A stretch of DNA of 48,481 nt from an uncultured Anaerolineales bacterium (GCA_964509655.1 CAZDYW010000001.1:1-48481); one strand, 5' to 3'; counted from the first letter of the stretch, positions 25,564 through 33,344 are shown. Numbers and translations: made by a program. Notes: generated by a model not told the origin, from the sequence alone.

Positions 25564-26573
25564 TGGCGAAAGCAAAGCCCAAACTCGCATTCTACTGGGC
25601 GGCCAGCTGCGGCGGGTGCGAGATCACGATCACCGAGTTGGGCATGCAGCTCATAGCAACGGGTGAGAAGGTCGACATCGTCTTCTGGCCCTGTTTGATG
25701 GACTTCAAGTACAGCGACGTCGAGGCGCTGGAGGACGGCGAGATCGACGTATGCTTCTTCAACGGGGCGATTCGTTCGAGCGAGAACGAGCACATCGCCC
25801 ACCTGCTCCGCCAGAAGTCGAAGGTCCTCGTGTCCTTCGGGTCATGCTCCCACACCGGAGGGATCCCGGGCCTGGCGAACTTCTACGATGCCGAGTCGAT
25901 CCTGGAGCGGGTCTACGGGTCGACACGCCCCAGTACCGCCTCGTCGCTGGACGACTCGCGTGGGACCCGCCCCACTCCGTCGGTGGAGATGCCAGAGGGC
26001 ACGATCGAGATTCCCACTTTCTACGACCAGGTCTTGACGCTGGATCAGACGGTGGAGGTGGACTACTTTATGCCTGGTTGTCCGCCGGTAGCCGACCAGG
26101 TGTGGAACGTCTTCCAGACGGTCTTGGATGGGGGGCTGCCGGAGCGGCGGGCCACTATCGGTGTCGATGCTAAGACGAACTGCGACGTCTGTCCTCGAGA
26201 GAAGGGAGAGGGCGGATTCCGCGTGAAGGAATGGAAGCGACCGCACGAGGTCGAGCTAGACCAAGAGGTCTGTTTCTTGGCGCAGGGTGTTATCTGCTGT
26301 GGACCGGTCACCCGAGCGGGGTGTGGACTGCCTTGTATCAGCGGCAACATGCCGTGCCGCGGCTGCTACGGTCCGCCGGAGGGGGTCGTCGATCAGGGGG
26401 CGAAGTTGTTCAGCGCGATCGGAGCGTTGATCGATACCGACGAACCAGAAGCCGTGCAGCAGATCATGGATACGGTTGTTGACCCGGCCGGGCTCAGCTA
26501 CCGGTTCGGGTTGGCAAACTCTCTCCTGAATGCGCTGAAGTACGGAAAGAATTCTGAAGAGGATGAAGTATGA
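25563..26573 (+). CDS. mvhG: [NiFe] hydrogenase small subunit, group 3 (MvhG-like)
   Basis: MAKAKPKLAFYWAASCGGCEI, GSCSHTGGIPG, PGCPP, and a C-terminal Cys-rich medial/distal cluster region (CDVCPREK, CCGPVTRAGCGLPCISGNMPCRGCYGP). The start overlaps the upstream stop (TAATG). The track ORF 25374.. is a 5' extension. Confidence 0.9.
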   Translation: MAKAKPKLAFYWAASCGGCEITITELGMQLIATGEKVDIVFWPCLMDFKYSDVEALEDGEIDVCFFNGAIRSSENEHIAHLLRQKSKVLVSFGSCSHTGGIPGLANFYDAESILERVYGSTRPSTASSLDDSRGTRPTPSVEMPEGTIEIPTFYDQVLTLDQTVEVDYFMPGCPPVADQVWNVFQTVLDGGLPERRATIGVDAKTNCDVCPREKGEGGFRVKEWKRPHEVELDQEVCFLAQGVICCGPVTRAGCGLPCISGNMPCRGCYGPPEGVVDQGAKLFSAIGALIDTDEPEAVQQIMDTVVDPAGLSYRFGLANSLLNALKYGKNSEEDEV

Positions 26574-28036
26574 GCCAAAAGATTAGTATAGACCCGATTA
26601 CGCGCCTGGAGGGCCACGGCCGGATCGATCTCTTCCTCAACGAGGATGGAGAGCTGGTCAACGCCTATCTGGTGGTCCCCGAGCTGCGCGGGTTCGAGAA
26701 GTTCTGCGAGGGCCGGCCGGTGGAGGAGATGCCGCGCATCACGCAGCGCATCTGCGGTGTGTGTCCAATCGCCCACCACGTCGCGGCCGCCAAGGCAGGC
26801 GACGCCGTGTACCACGTCGATCCACCGCCAGCGGCCAAGAAGCTGCGCGAGCTGCTGTACGCGTCTTTCTTCGTCGCCGATCACGCTACTCACTTCTACG
26901 CGCTGGCGGCACCCGATTTCGTCGTCGGTCCCGACGCACCGAAGGCCGAGCGCAACCTGCTGGGCGTGGTGCGGAAAGTGGGCCAGGATACGGGGGCACG
27001 TGTCGTTCAACTTCTGCAGGAGAATCACGAGATCGCGAGTATCGTGGCCGGCCGCTACATCCATTCCGCCAGCTGCATCCCGGGCGGGATGAGTAAGCCC
27101 ATCACTGAGGACGAGCGAAAGCGCATTGTTGAGATCGCCGAGCGCTCCATTGAAACGGCGCTGTTCTCCCTCCAGTTGTTCGACGAGGTGGTGTTACAGA
27201 ACCAGGCCTATGTCGACATGATCCTGAGCGATGCGCTTGCCCACGAGACCTACTACATGGGCCTGGTGGACGAGAACAACCAGGTCAACTTCTACGACGG
27301 TCAGGTGCGCGTGGTCGGTCCGGACGGCAAGGAACTCCTTAAGTACAGCGCGCACGAATACCTGGACGTGGTGGCGGAGCACGTCGAGCCGTGGACTTAC
27401 TTGAAGTTCCCATATCTGAAGCAGGTAGGGTGGAAGGGGTTCGTCGATGGCCCCGAGAGCGGCGTCTATCGGGCCTCGCCCTTGAGCCGGCTCAACACGG
27501 CCGACGGCATGGCGACGTCTAAGGCTCAGGCCGAATACGAGCGTTTCTACGACACGCTGGACGGCAAACCGGTACATGCGACGTTGGCTACCCACTGGGC
27601 AAGGCTGATTGAGCTGCTGTACGCCGCCGAGCGAACTCTGGAGCTAGCTGAAGACCCGGAGATCACCAGCGAGGAGATTCGGGCAATCCCGACTGAAACA
27701 CCGGACGAGGGTGTGGGCATCGTTGAAGCCCCGCGGGGCACGCTGACTCATCATTACGTCACCGACGAAAACGGGCTGCTTGAGCAGGTCAATCTGATCG
27801 TCGGCACGACCAACAACTATGCTGCCATCAGCATGTCGATCAAGAAGGCGGCTCAGGATCTGGTGCGCGCCGGACAGCTTGTCGACGACGGTCTACTGAA
27901 CAAGATTGAGATGGCGTTGCGAGCATACGATCCATGCTTTGGCTGTGCAACCCATGCTTTGCCGGGTCAGATGCCGATGATTGTGCGGCTCTACAACGAA
28001 GAGCGGGAATTGGTACAGGAGATCCGTCGGGACTAG
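26570..28036 (+). CDS. mvhA: [NiFe] hydrogenase large subunit, group 3 (MvhA-like)
   Basis: RLEGHGRIDL, the N-terminal Ni-binding motif RICGVCPIAHH, and the C-terminal motif DPCFGCATH followed by a 26-residue extension, which is the expected substrate of the maturation endopeptidase. There is an ATGA overlap with the small subunit gene. Confidence 0.95.
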   Translation: MSQKISIDPITRLEGHGRIDLFLNEDGELVNAYLVVPELRGFEKFCEGRPVEEMPRITQRICGVCPIAHHVAAAKAGDAVYHVDPPPAAKKLRELLYASFFVADHATHFYALAAPDFVVGPDAPKAERNLLGVVRKVGQDTGARVVQLLQENHEIASIVAGRYIHSASCIPGGMSKPITEDERKRIVEIAERSIETALFSLQLFDEVVLQNQAYVDMILSDALAHETYYMGLVDENNQVNFYDGQVRVVGPDGKELLKYSAHEYLDVVAEHVEPWTYLKFPYLKQVGWKGFVDGPESGVYRASPLSRLNTADGMATSKAQAEYERFYDTLDGKPVHATLATHWARLIELLYAAERTLELAEDPEITSEEIRAIPTETPDEGVGIVEAPRGTLTHHYVTDENGLLEQVNLIVGTTNNYAAISMSIKKAAQDLVRAGQLVDDGLLNKIEMALRAYDPCFGCATHALPGQMPMIVRLYNEERELVQEIRRD

Positions 28037-28044
28037 GAGAGGGT

Positions 28045-29019
28045 ATGGCTAGACGAGGAAGAACGAGGAAGCAGACCAGTGAGTGTGCGATCACGCTCAA
28101 ACGCGCCATGGTCACGCGCCAGTATAGGATGGAATGGGACCTGGAGCGGTGCGTGGGTTGTGAGCTGGGGCCTTTGGTCTGCCCCAAGGAAGCCGTCGAG
28201 CACGTGCCGGGGGAAATCGAGGATGGTCGGATGGCGAAGAAGCCGGCTGTGGACATCGACGCGGAGGCGTGTGTGTTCTGCGGCATGTGCGAGGTCATCT
28301 GCCCGAAGGATGCTATCACCCTGACCATCAACGGGGAGCGCGAGAATCCGGTGTTGGTGCACGAGGCGTTCCCGGAGTTGATCGAGTCGACCACTTTCCA
28401 CGAGGATAAGTTTGATTGGAGCAGGAAAGATCTCGTTATCGACAACTGCCCCACCGATGTGATCAGTTACGACGAAGAGGAAGAAACGCTGGTGGTCGAT
28501 GACGAGCACTGCATCCGCTGCCGTCAGTGCGAGGTCGCCAGCGATGGCGCCTTTGAGGTCACGCAGGCCTGGTCAGGCCAGGTAGAGCTGCATCGCGAAC
28601 GATGTGTGGAGGGATGCCTCGCCTGCGCCGACATCTGCCCGACGCGCGCGCTGTCCATCGACGAGGATAGCGGGGAACTGGTCCTAGCTGACTACTACTG
28701 CATCAAGTGCGGTGCTTGCGTACAGGTGTGCCCAATCAAGCCGTCGTATGAAGAGTACGACATAACGGTCGAGTCCCAGGGGGTGAGCAAGACGGTGACC
28801 CATCGGAAGATCACGAACCGCGACGAGCTGCCGATCTGGGTGGAACGGTGGCGCGTGCGGCATCATCCGGTCCAGAGTGGAACGTGGATCGAGGCGCTGA
28901 CCAAGTTGGCCGATGATAGGGCTGGTATGGTCGAGATTGACAGCAAGCGAGCGCTAAAGCGACGCGATCTGCTAAAGGTCCTTGCCGGAGCGAAAACGCT
29001 CTTGGGCCTCGAGGAGTGA
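28045..29019 (+). CDS. Polyferredoxin-like multi-[4Fe-4S] protein (MvhB-like)
   Basis: Multiple cluster motifs are present: CVGCELGPLVCP, CVFCGMCEVICP, CIRCRQCEV, CVEGCLACADICP and CIKCGACVQVCP. The ATG at 28045 is 9 nt after the large-subunit stop and is preceded by GGAGAGGG. The track ORF 27934.. is a 5' extension. Confidence 0.85.
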   Translation: MARRGRTRKQTSECAITLKRAMVTRQYRMEWDLERCVGCELGPLVCPKEAVEHVPGEIEDGRMAKKPAVDIDAEACVFCGMCEVICPKDAITLTINGERENPVLVHEAFPELIESTTFHEDKFDWSRKDLVIDNCPTDVISYDEEEETLVVDDEHCIRCRQCEVASDGAFEVTQAWSGQVELHRERCVEGCLACADICPTRALSIDEDSGELVLADYYCIKCGACVQVCPIKPSYEEYDITVESQGVSKTVTHRKITNRDELPIWVERWRVRHHPVQSGTWIEALTKLADDRAGMVEIDSKRALKRRDLLKVLAGAKTLLGLEE

Positions 29020-29502
29020 TTAGAGCGACGCGTCGTCTGTCCCCTTCTTCACCTCAGCGAGGACTGCGTCCACGGCACGAGGGACCGCCTTCTCAACCGC
29101 CGAAGTACATTCCTCGCCGAAGGTGAAGGGGTCCTCCACCTCGATGGCGATAATGACGAAATTCTCGTCGTCGGGTAGCGTCCATCCCATTGCCCGACCC
29201 AGCGCAAGCGCCCCGGGCAGGGATACGTCGTGCGATGATCCCGCGTGTAGGGAGAGCTTGAGGTCCTGCGGAGTTAAGCGGTAGATATCGCCGGGCTGAC
29301 CGCTACGCGTCTGGATCGCGTCTACCATAACGACTCGTTGGTAGCCCTCAATGACGTCGAGTATGCGGAGGCCCCCCACGCTTGCTTCGCTGAAGTCCAC
29401 ATTCTCTTCCTGGGGACGTTCGGCCGCCTCGCGAACGACGTAAATCCCGATGCCGTCGTCGCGCAGGATCGTGTTCCCCATTCCCAGTACCAACGTCTTC
29501 AA
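29020..29502 (-). CDS. Hydrogenase maturation endopeptidase (HyaD/HycI/FrhD family)
   Basis: MKTLVLGMGNTILRDDGIGIYV, then DAIQ and SSHD. These give the metal-ligand pattern D...D...H of this protease family. The gene is convergent, and its stop abuts the polyferredoxin stop with 0 bp between them. Confidence 0.9.
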   Translation of the reverse strand: MKTLVLGMGNTILRDDGIGIYVVREAAERPQEENVDFSEASVGGLRILDVIEGYQRVVMVDAIQTRSGQPGDIYRLTPQDLKLSLHAGSSHDVSLPGALALGRAMGWTLPDDENFVIIAIEVEDPFTFGEECTSAVEKAVPRAVDAVLAEVKKGTDDASL

Positions 29503-29733
29503 GTCAACGAGTCTCCTATCGCAATTAACGGCGCATCAGTAGAAAGTGTGCGCCCGATTCGAGCCTATGTCATTGTACCATGATTCGCTTGCGGGTCCAA
29601 CTGCGCTCAGACCATATGGCTGACCTCCCCAGCCGGGCAAACAAGATCTTGCCGAGGGCGAGCGAGGGTTCATTCTAATGCTTATCCTCACATACGCAAC
29701 CCTTTCAAAATGTCTGTCTTCGCCAAACGTGAT

Positions 29734-29762
29734 TTGACCTCATTCATAGAGTGTGCTATAAT
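29734..29762 (+). promoter_or_regulatory. Promoter candidate for the atp (F0 plus delta) operon
   Basis: TTGACC (29734..29739), a 17-nt spacer, then TATAAT (29757..29762). The first ATG of the operon lies only 11 nt after the -10 hexamer. Confidence 0.55.
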
Positions 29763-29773
29763 TCTCTTCGGCT

Positions 29774-30271
29774 ATGAAACTTGGAGATCAGCAAGGGAAT
29801 GAACTTCAAATCGTCATCTTCCGCTCTCTAGGGCTAGGTATCCGCATCGCTGGTGTGGTGGTAGTGGCGGTGCTGGGTGGCCTGTTCCTGGGACTGTGGA
29901 TTGACCGTAAGCTGGGGATCAGCCCCTGGGCTACATTGCTCCTGTTGGGACTGGGTATGCTGGTGGCCATGATCGGCTGCTACCGTGCGATGGTTCCGGT
30001 GGTCGCAAACCTGGCAGCCGGTCAGGAGGTCGAGTGGGGAGAACCCCTGCGTTCCCTGGTCTTCGTCGCTCAGATGGGGCTGGTGGTCATCACCCCGCTG
30101 CTGGTCGGCCTCTTCCTGGGTCTGCGGATGGACAGCCGATTGGACACTCGTCCCTGGGTGACCTTGACTCTGACGCTGCTGGGAGCTGTGACGGGATTGG
30201 TGGGCGCATGGCGTCTGTCTTCTGCATTCCTGAAACGAACGACGAAGGGAGATCAAGAGGAGGATTTGTAA
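29774..30271 (+). CDS. atpZ: AtpZ/ATPase_gene1-like small membrane protein, internally duplicated
   Basis: It sits immediately upstream of atpB. There are two copies of the motif block, GLFLGLWIDRKLGISPWATLLLLGLGMLVAMIGCYR and GLFLGLRMDSRLDTRPWVTLTLTLLGAVTGLVGAWR. Confidence 0.72.
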   Translation: MKLGDQQGNELQIVIFRSLGLGIRIAGVVVVAVLGGLFLGLWIDRKLGISPWATLLLLGLGMLVAMIGCYRAMVPVVANLAAGQEVEWGEPLRSLVFVAQMGLVVITPLLVGLFLGLRMDSRLDTRPWVTLTLTLLGAVTGLVGAWRLSSAFLKRTTKGDQEEDL

Positions 30272-31080
30272 TGGAATTCGTGCGTGAGCTACCGCACATC
30301 TCGATGGCAGCTGAGACCCTGTTTCACATCGGGCCCTTGCCCGTCACCAACTCTCTTTTGACCACCTGGATCTGTATGGTGTTTATCATCTTGGTGGCGT
30401 GGCTTGCCACCAGGAGGATGAGCCTTGTGCCAACTGGCTTTCAGAACCTGGTCGAGACAGCCATTGAGATGTTCTATGACGGCGTAGCCCGAGTCAGGGC
30501 CCCCAATAGAGCGGAGCTTTTCCTTCCCCTTAGTGGTACCGTTTTTTTCTTCATCCTCCTCGCCAACTGGATGGGTTTGTTGCCGTTCTTCGGTTCCGTT
30601 GGTCTGCTGATGGAGCACCACGGTGAAAGGGAGTTTGTTCCTTTGTTGCGTCCAGCCAACACCGATCTGAACACAACTGTCGCCCTGGCGATTTTTTCGG
30701 TGGTCGCTACCCAGATCTACGGTGTCAAGGAACGCGGCTTCTTGCCCTACTTCAACCGATTCATCAGAGTGGGTGGAATTGTGGACGCGCTGAAGGGAAG
30801 GCGATCGCGTAACCCCCTCATGCTGATAATCGACCTATTCATCGGGTTCCTGGAGATACTTGATGAGTTGACCAAGCTGCTCTCCTTTTCCTTCCGTCTT
30901 TTCGGTAACATCTTTGCTGGTGAGGTGTTGCTGATTGTGATTTCTATGCTGCTTCCCTACTTCGCTCCTTTGCCGTTCTTGGCACTGGAGCTGTTTGTTG
31001 GTTACATTCAAGCTCTGATCTTTGCGACCTTGTCTCTAGTCTTCGTAAGGCATGCGTGCGCTCACGAGGACCACTGTTAG
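30271..31080 (+). CDS. atpB: F0F1 ATP synthase subunit a
   Basis: 269 aa with a start that overlaps the atpZ stop (TAATG) and is preceded by GAGGAGG. It has the conserved FRLFGNIFAGEVLL block with the essential Arg, and LELFVGYIQALIF. The track ORF 30034.. is a 5' extension. Confidence 0.93.
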   Translation: MEFVRELPHISMAAETLFHIGPLPVTNSLLTTWICMVFIILVAWLATRRMSLVPTGFQNLVETAIEMFYDGVARVRAPNRAELFLPLSGTVFFFILLANWMGLLPFFGSVGLLMEHHGEREFVPLLRPANTDLNTTVALAIFSVVATQIYGVKERGFLPYFNRFIRVGGIVDALKGRRSRNPLMLIIDLFIGFLEILDELTKLLSFSFRLFGNIFAGEVLLIVISMLLPYFAPLPFLALELFVGYIQALIFATLSLVFVRHACAHEDHC

Positions 31081-31107
31081 TATGATCGATCTCAGGGCAA
31101 AGTTGTG

Positions 31108-31207
31108 GATTCGACACCCATTGGACATCATATGAACAAGCAAGGAGGACAAGTATGGACTCGACACCCATTGTACATCACATGAACAAACAAGGAGGAC
31201 AAGTATG
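31108..31207 (+). repeat. Tandem 50-bp direct duplication that includes the atpE Shine-Dalgarno sequence and start codon
   Basis: Unit 1 is 31108..31157 and unit 2 is 31158..31207. They differ at 4 of 50 positions, and both end in caaggaggacaagtATG. Confidence 0.9.
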
Positions 31208-31423
31208 GACAAGAATCTGATAGCAGCGCTGACAATCGTGTTGGGGGCAATAACACCGGCTGCGATGATCGGTCGCTTCTCGACCGAGGCTATGCGATCG
31301 TTGGGGCGCAATCCGGAGGCCGGCGAACCGATCAGCGCCAACCTGATCCTCGCGTTGGCCCTGAGCGAGGCGATCGCTATCTATTCCTTAGTCGTCGCTC
31401 TGGCCATTAAGTTTGTGGAGTAA
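31205..31423 (+). CDS. atpE: F0F1 ATP synthase subunit c
   Basis: A 72-aa hairpin protein with the loop GRNPEAG and the ion-binding Glu in LALALSEAIAIYSLVVALAI. Confidence 0.9.
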   Translation: MDKNLIAALTIVLGAITPAAMIGRFSTEAMRSLGRNPEAGEPISANLILALALSEAIAIYSLVVALAIKFVE

Positions 31424-31455
31424 GAACAGCTAGGAATCAGAAAGGAGGCGATTTC

Positions 31456-31971
31456 TTGGAAGCCCTAGGAATCAACCTGTATGTTCTGATCGCCCAAGTC
31501 GTCAACGTCGTCATCCTGTTCTTTGTGCTCCGTTCCCTGCTCTTCGATCGTTTCCTGGAAATGATGGAGGATCGCAGGCAGAGAATCCAGGAGGGCCTGG
31601 AGGAAGCTGATCGCGCGCAAGAAAAGGCGTGGGAAGCGGAGAGGATCTACCAGGAGCGCATGGAGAAGATTGAGCGAGAGCGAGAAGCTATCATCAGCGA
31701 GGCAAAGGAAGAGGCCGAGCAGCTTCAAGCGGAGATGATAAGCCAGGCGCGTGAGGAGGCAGAGGAAGAGGCGCGCCGCATCGTGGCGGAAAGACAAGCA
31801 GCTTTCGAGGCCGAACGTCGGGAGATTATGGCCGATATGCAAAGCCAGGTCGCCAGCCTGGTGATGGCCGCCACTCGCAAGGTCGTCGACGAAGGGATAG
31901 ACGAGGAGGTGCAACACCGGCTGATTGATCGCTTCCTGAGCGAGACAGATGCGCTGGGTGGAATCCAATGA
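31456..31971 (+). CDS. atpF: F0F1 ATP synthase subunit b
   Basis: TTG start after AGGAGG. It has a single N-terminal TM helix (LIAQVVNVVILFFVLRSLLF) followed by a long charged coiled-coil rich in E/R/A/Q. Confidence 0.88.
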   Translation: MEALGINLYVLIAQVVNVVILFFVLRSLLFDRFLEMMEDRRQRIQEGLEEADRAQEKAWEAERIYQERMEKIEREREAIISEAKEEAEQLQAEMISQAREEAEEEARRIVAERQAAFEAERREIMADMQSQVASLVMAATRKVVDEGIDEEVQHRLIDRFLSETDALGGIQ

Positions 31972-32477
31972 ATGATAACCGCAATCCGGCTAAGCCGTGG
32001 GAAGATGACCTGCAAACAGTCGCTGATCGGCTGCGGCGTCGGAATTTGATATCGCCGGAGCAAGCTGCGACCTTGAAAGCGCTTACCAGTGAGTTTGAGA
32101 GGGTGGCCAAGCATGAGCCGGGTATAGCGATGCCGCTGGTGGCGACGATCTTCTGGGCCGTCGAGTTTGAGCGGTTGTCGCAACAGCAGGCTCAGGCTGC
32201 CGGGATGGTGGCATGGGTTCGCAGTGCAGTTCCGCTCACTGAGGAAGAGCGCAGGCAGCTCAAGCGGCGCCTGCGAGAACGCTTCGGCCAGGAGTTCGTC
32301 CTGCGCGTGGAGGTTGACCCGTCACTCATCGGCGGCTTGGTGGTCAGGGCCAAAGACCAGGTCTTCGACGGCAGCGTGGCTGGCAGGTTGGACGCCCTCC
32401 GCGAGCGGTTGCGGACCGCTGTTGAAGAGCAGAAATCGCCTGCTCTGGAACTCCAAGAGACAGGTGAAAAGGAGTAG
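31968..32477 (+). CDS. atpH: F0F1 ATP synthase subunit delta (OSCP)
   Basis: ATGA overlap with atpF. The C-terminal block VEVDPSLIGGLVVRAKDQVFDGSVAGRLDALRERL is typical of delta. The N-terminal half is divergent. Confidence 0.82.
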   Translation: MNDNRNPAKPWEDDLQTVADRLRRRNLISPEQAATLKALTSEFERVAKHEPGIAMPLVATIFWAVEFERLSQQQAQAAGMVAWVRSAVPLTEEERRQLKRRLRERFGQEFVLRVEVDPSLIGGLVVRAKDQVFDGSVAGRLDALRERLRTAVEEQKSPALELQETGEKE

Positions 32478-32481
32478 TCGT

Positions 32482-32784
32482 ATGCCACAAATTCCTGAAT
32501 TGGCGAACGCCGTCCTCTTTTTCGCTCCCGGCCTTCTGCTCGTCCAGATGCTGTACCTTGAAGGGATTATTGGACGTGGACAGTCAGATTTTCGAAGAGC
32601 ATTCTGGGGTATCGTCGCCAGCGTCCCCATCCGTTGGGGGGCGCAGCTTGTTGATCTGTCCGACCTGGGAATCGAGTCAGGTTTGGAACTTGAGGTGTTT
32701 CTCTTGGGCCTGGCTCTCGTTGTAGGCGTGGTCGCCAGTCTGGCCAAACGTCTATTTGTCTTCGGGGAAGAGGAACAGGCATAG
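32482..32784 (+). CDS. Hypothetical small membrane protein (100 aa)
   Basis: The ATG is 7 nt after AAAAGGAG and 4 nt after the atpH stop. It has two or three hydrophobic segments. No family was recognised. Confidence 0.5.
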   Translation: MPQIPELANAVLFFAPGLLLVQMLYLEGIIGRGQSDFRRAFWGIVASVPIRWGAQLVDLSDLGIESGLELEVFLLGLALVVGVVASLAKRLFVFGEEEQA

Positions 32785-33119
32785 GTAATGACCAATGAGC
32801 CAATGGCAAATGACAGCGGGCTGGTGGTGCGCGTGGGCGAGCGGGTGGTGGGCGGCAGCGTCATAGGACAGCTGGAGAAGCTGCGAGGGTCGTTGGCGTA
32901 AGCAGAAAAGTCATAGGGACAAGCATAGCAAGAGTAGTTCGCACTGATGTGTGGGCTGCTCTTGTCTGTTAATGGGCCAGGCGCGATTCGTCCTGACCGG
33001 GGCACTTCAGCATTTGTCGGGCGGAAGCTCCATAGTCGGGCGGCCTCCGGCAAGGTGCTTCCTCCCGCCTTTCCTGCAAAAACGTCCGGCAGTGGAAAGC
33101 CGAAAAAAGGAGGATCCGT

Positions 33120-33344
33120 ATGACTACTCGCGAGATCATACTGAATATGCCTGAAAGATTATACAGCCAACTCGAAGCAGCGGCGATGGAGATGCAGCGC
33201 GACACCAATGCAGTCATCTTGGATGCCCTTTCTGCCTACGTCCCTTCTGCGGCGCCTGATTTGAACGCTGAGCTGGCGGCATGGGATGCCCTCAGCGACG
33301 AAGCTTTCTGGGACTTTGAACGGGATCTGGAGTCATCAAGCTGA
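33120..33344 (+). CDS. Type II antitoxin (probable ribbon-helix-helix), partner of the MazF-like toxin
   Basis: 74 aa with a strong SD (AAGGAGG) 7 nt upstream. The N-terminal RHH-like pattern is ILNMPERLYSQLEAAAMEMQRDTNAVILDAL, and the C-terminus is acidic. Its stop overlaps the toxin start (TGATG). Confidence 0.7.
   Translation: MTTREIILNMPERLYSQLEAAAMEMQRDTNAVILDALSAYVPSAAPDLNAELAAWDALSDEAFWDFERDLESSS

Noticed and set aside
27929-27955. Whether the hydrogenase is a [NiFeSe] enzyme, given the Sec codon in the neighbouring hdrA.
   Set aside because: The C-terminal Ni-binding motif is encoded as gat cca tgc ttt ggc tgt (DPCFGC). Both Cys residues are ordinary TGC/TGT codons, and the large and small subunit ORFs have no in-frame TGA.
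10845-29502. The idea that the peripheral-arm-less nuo membrane genes and the downstream [NiFe] hydrogenase form one membrane-bound (group 4 / Mbh-like) hydrogenase complex.
   Set aside because: The hydrogenase subunits carry group-3 features: an MvhG-like small subunit with medial and distal clusters, MvhD and HdrA partners, and a C-terminal extension that requires a protease. The two clusters are separated by a promoter-containing gap and the AOR operon. No NuoB/NuoD-like linker subunits are present.
31108-31130. The tRNA-like string ggattcgacaccc, which resembles a reversed T-arm (GGTTCGAATCC complement).
   Set aside because: No acceptor stem, anticodon arm or D-arm can be built around it. 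It is part of the 50-bp duplicated atpE leader.
32788-32901. A 37-codon ORF (MTNEPMANDSGLVVRVGERVVGGSVIGQLEKLRGSLA) directly after the 100-aa membrane protein. I considered whether it is a remnant of an F1 subunit N-terminal beta-barrel.
   Set aside because: It is too short, and the resemblance (a G.VV.VG..V pattern) is too weak to support any call without a database search. It has no clear SD.
32322-33053. A 243-aa minus-strand ORF spanning atpH, the 100-aa ORF and the non-coding stretch.
   Set aside because: Its composition is low-complexity and rich in Pro/Ser/Thr/Arg. It overlaps atpH, which has a clear delta-subunit C-terminal signature. It has no RBS.
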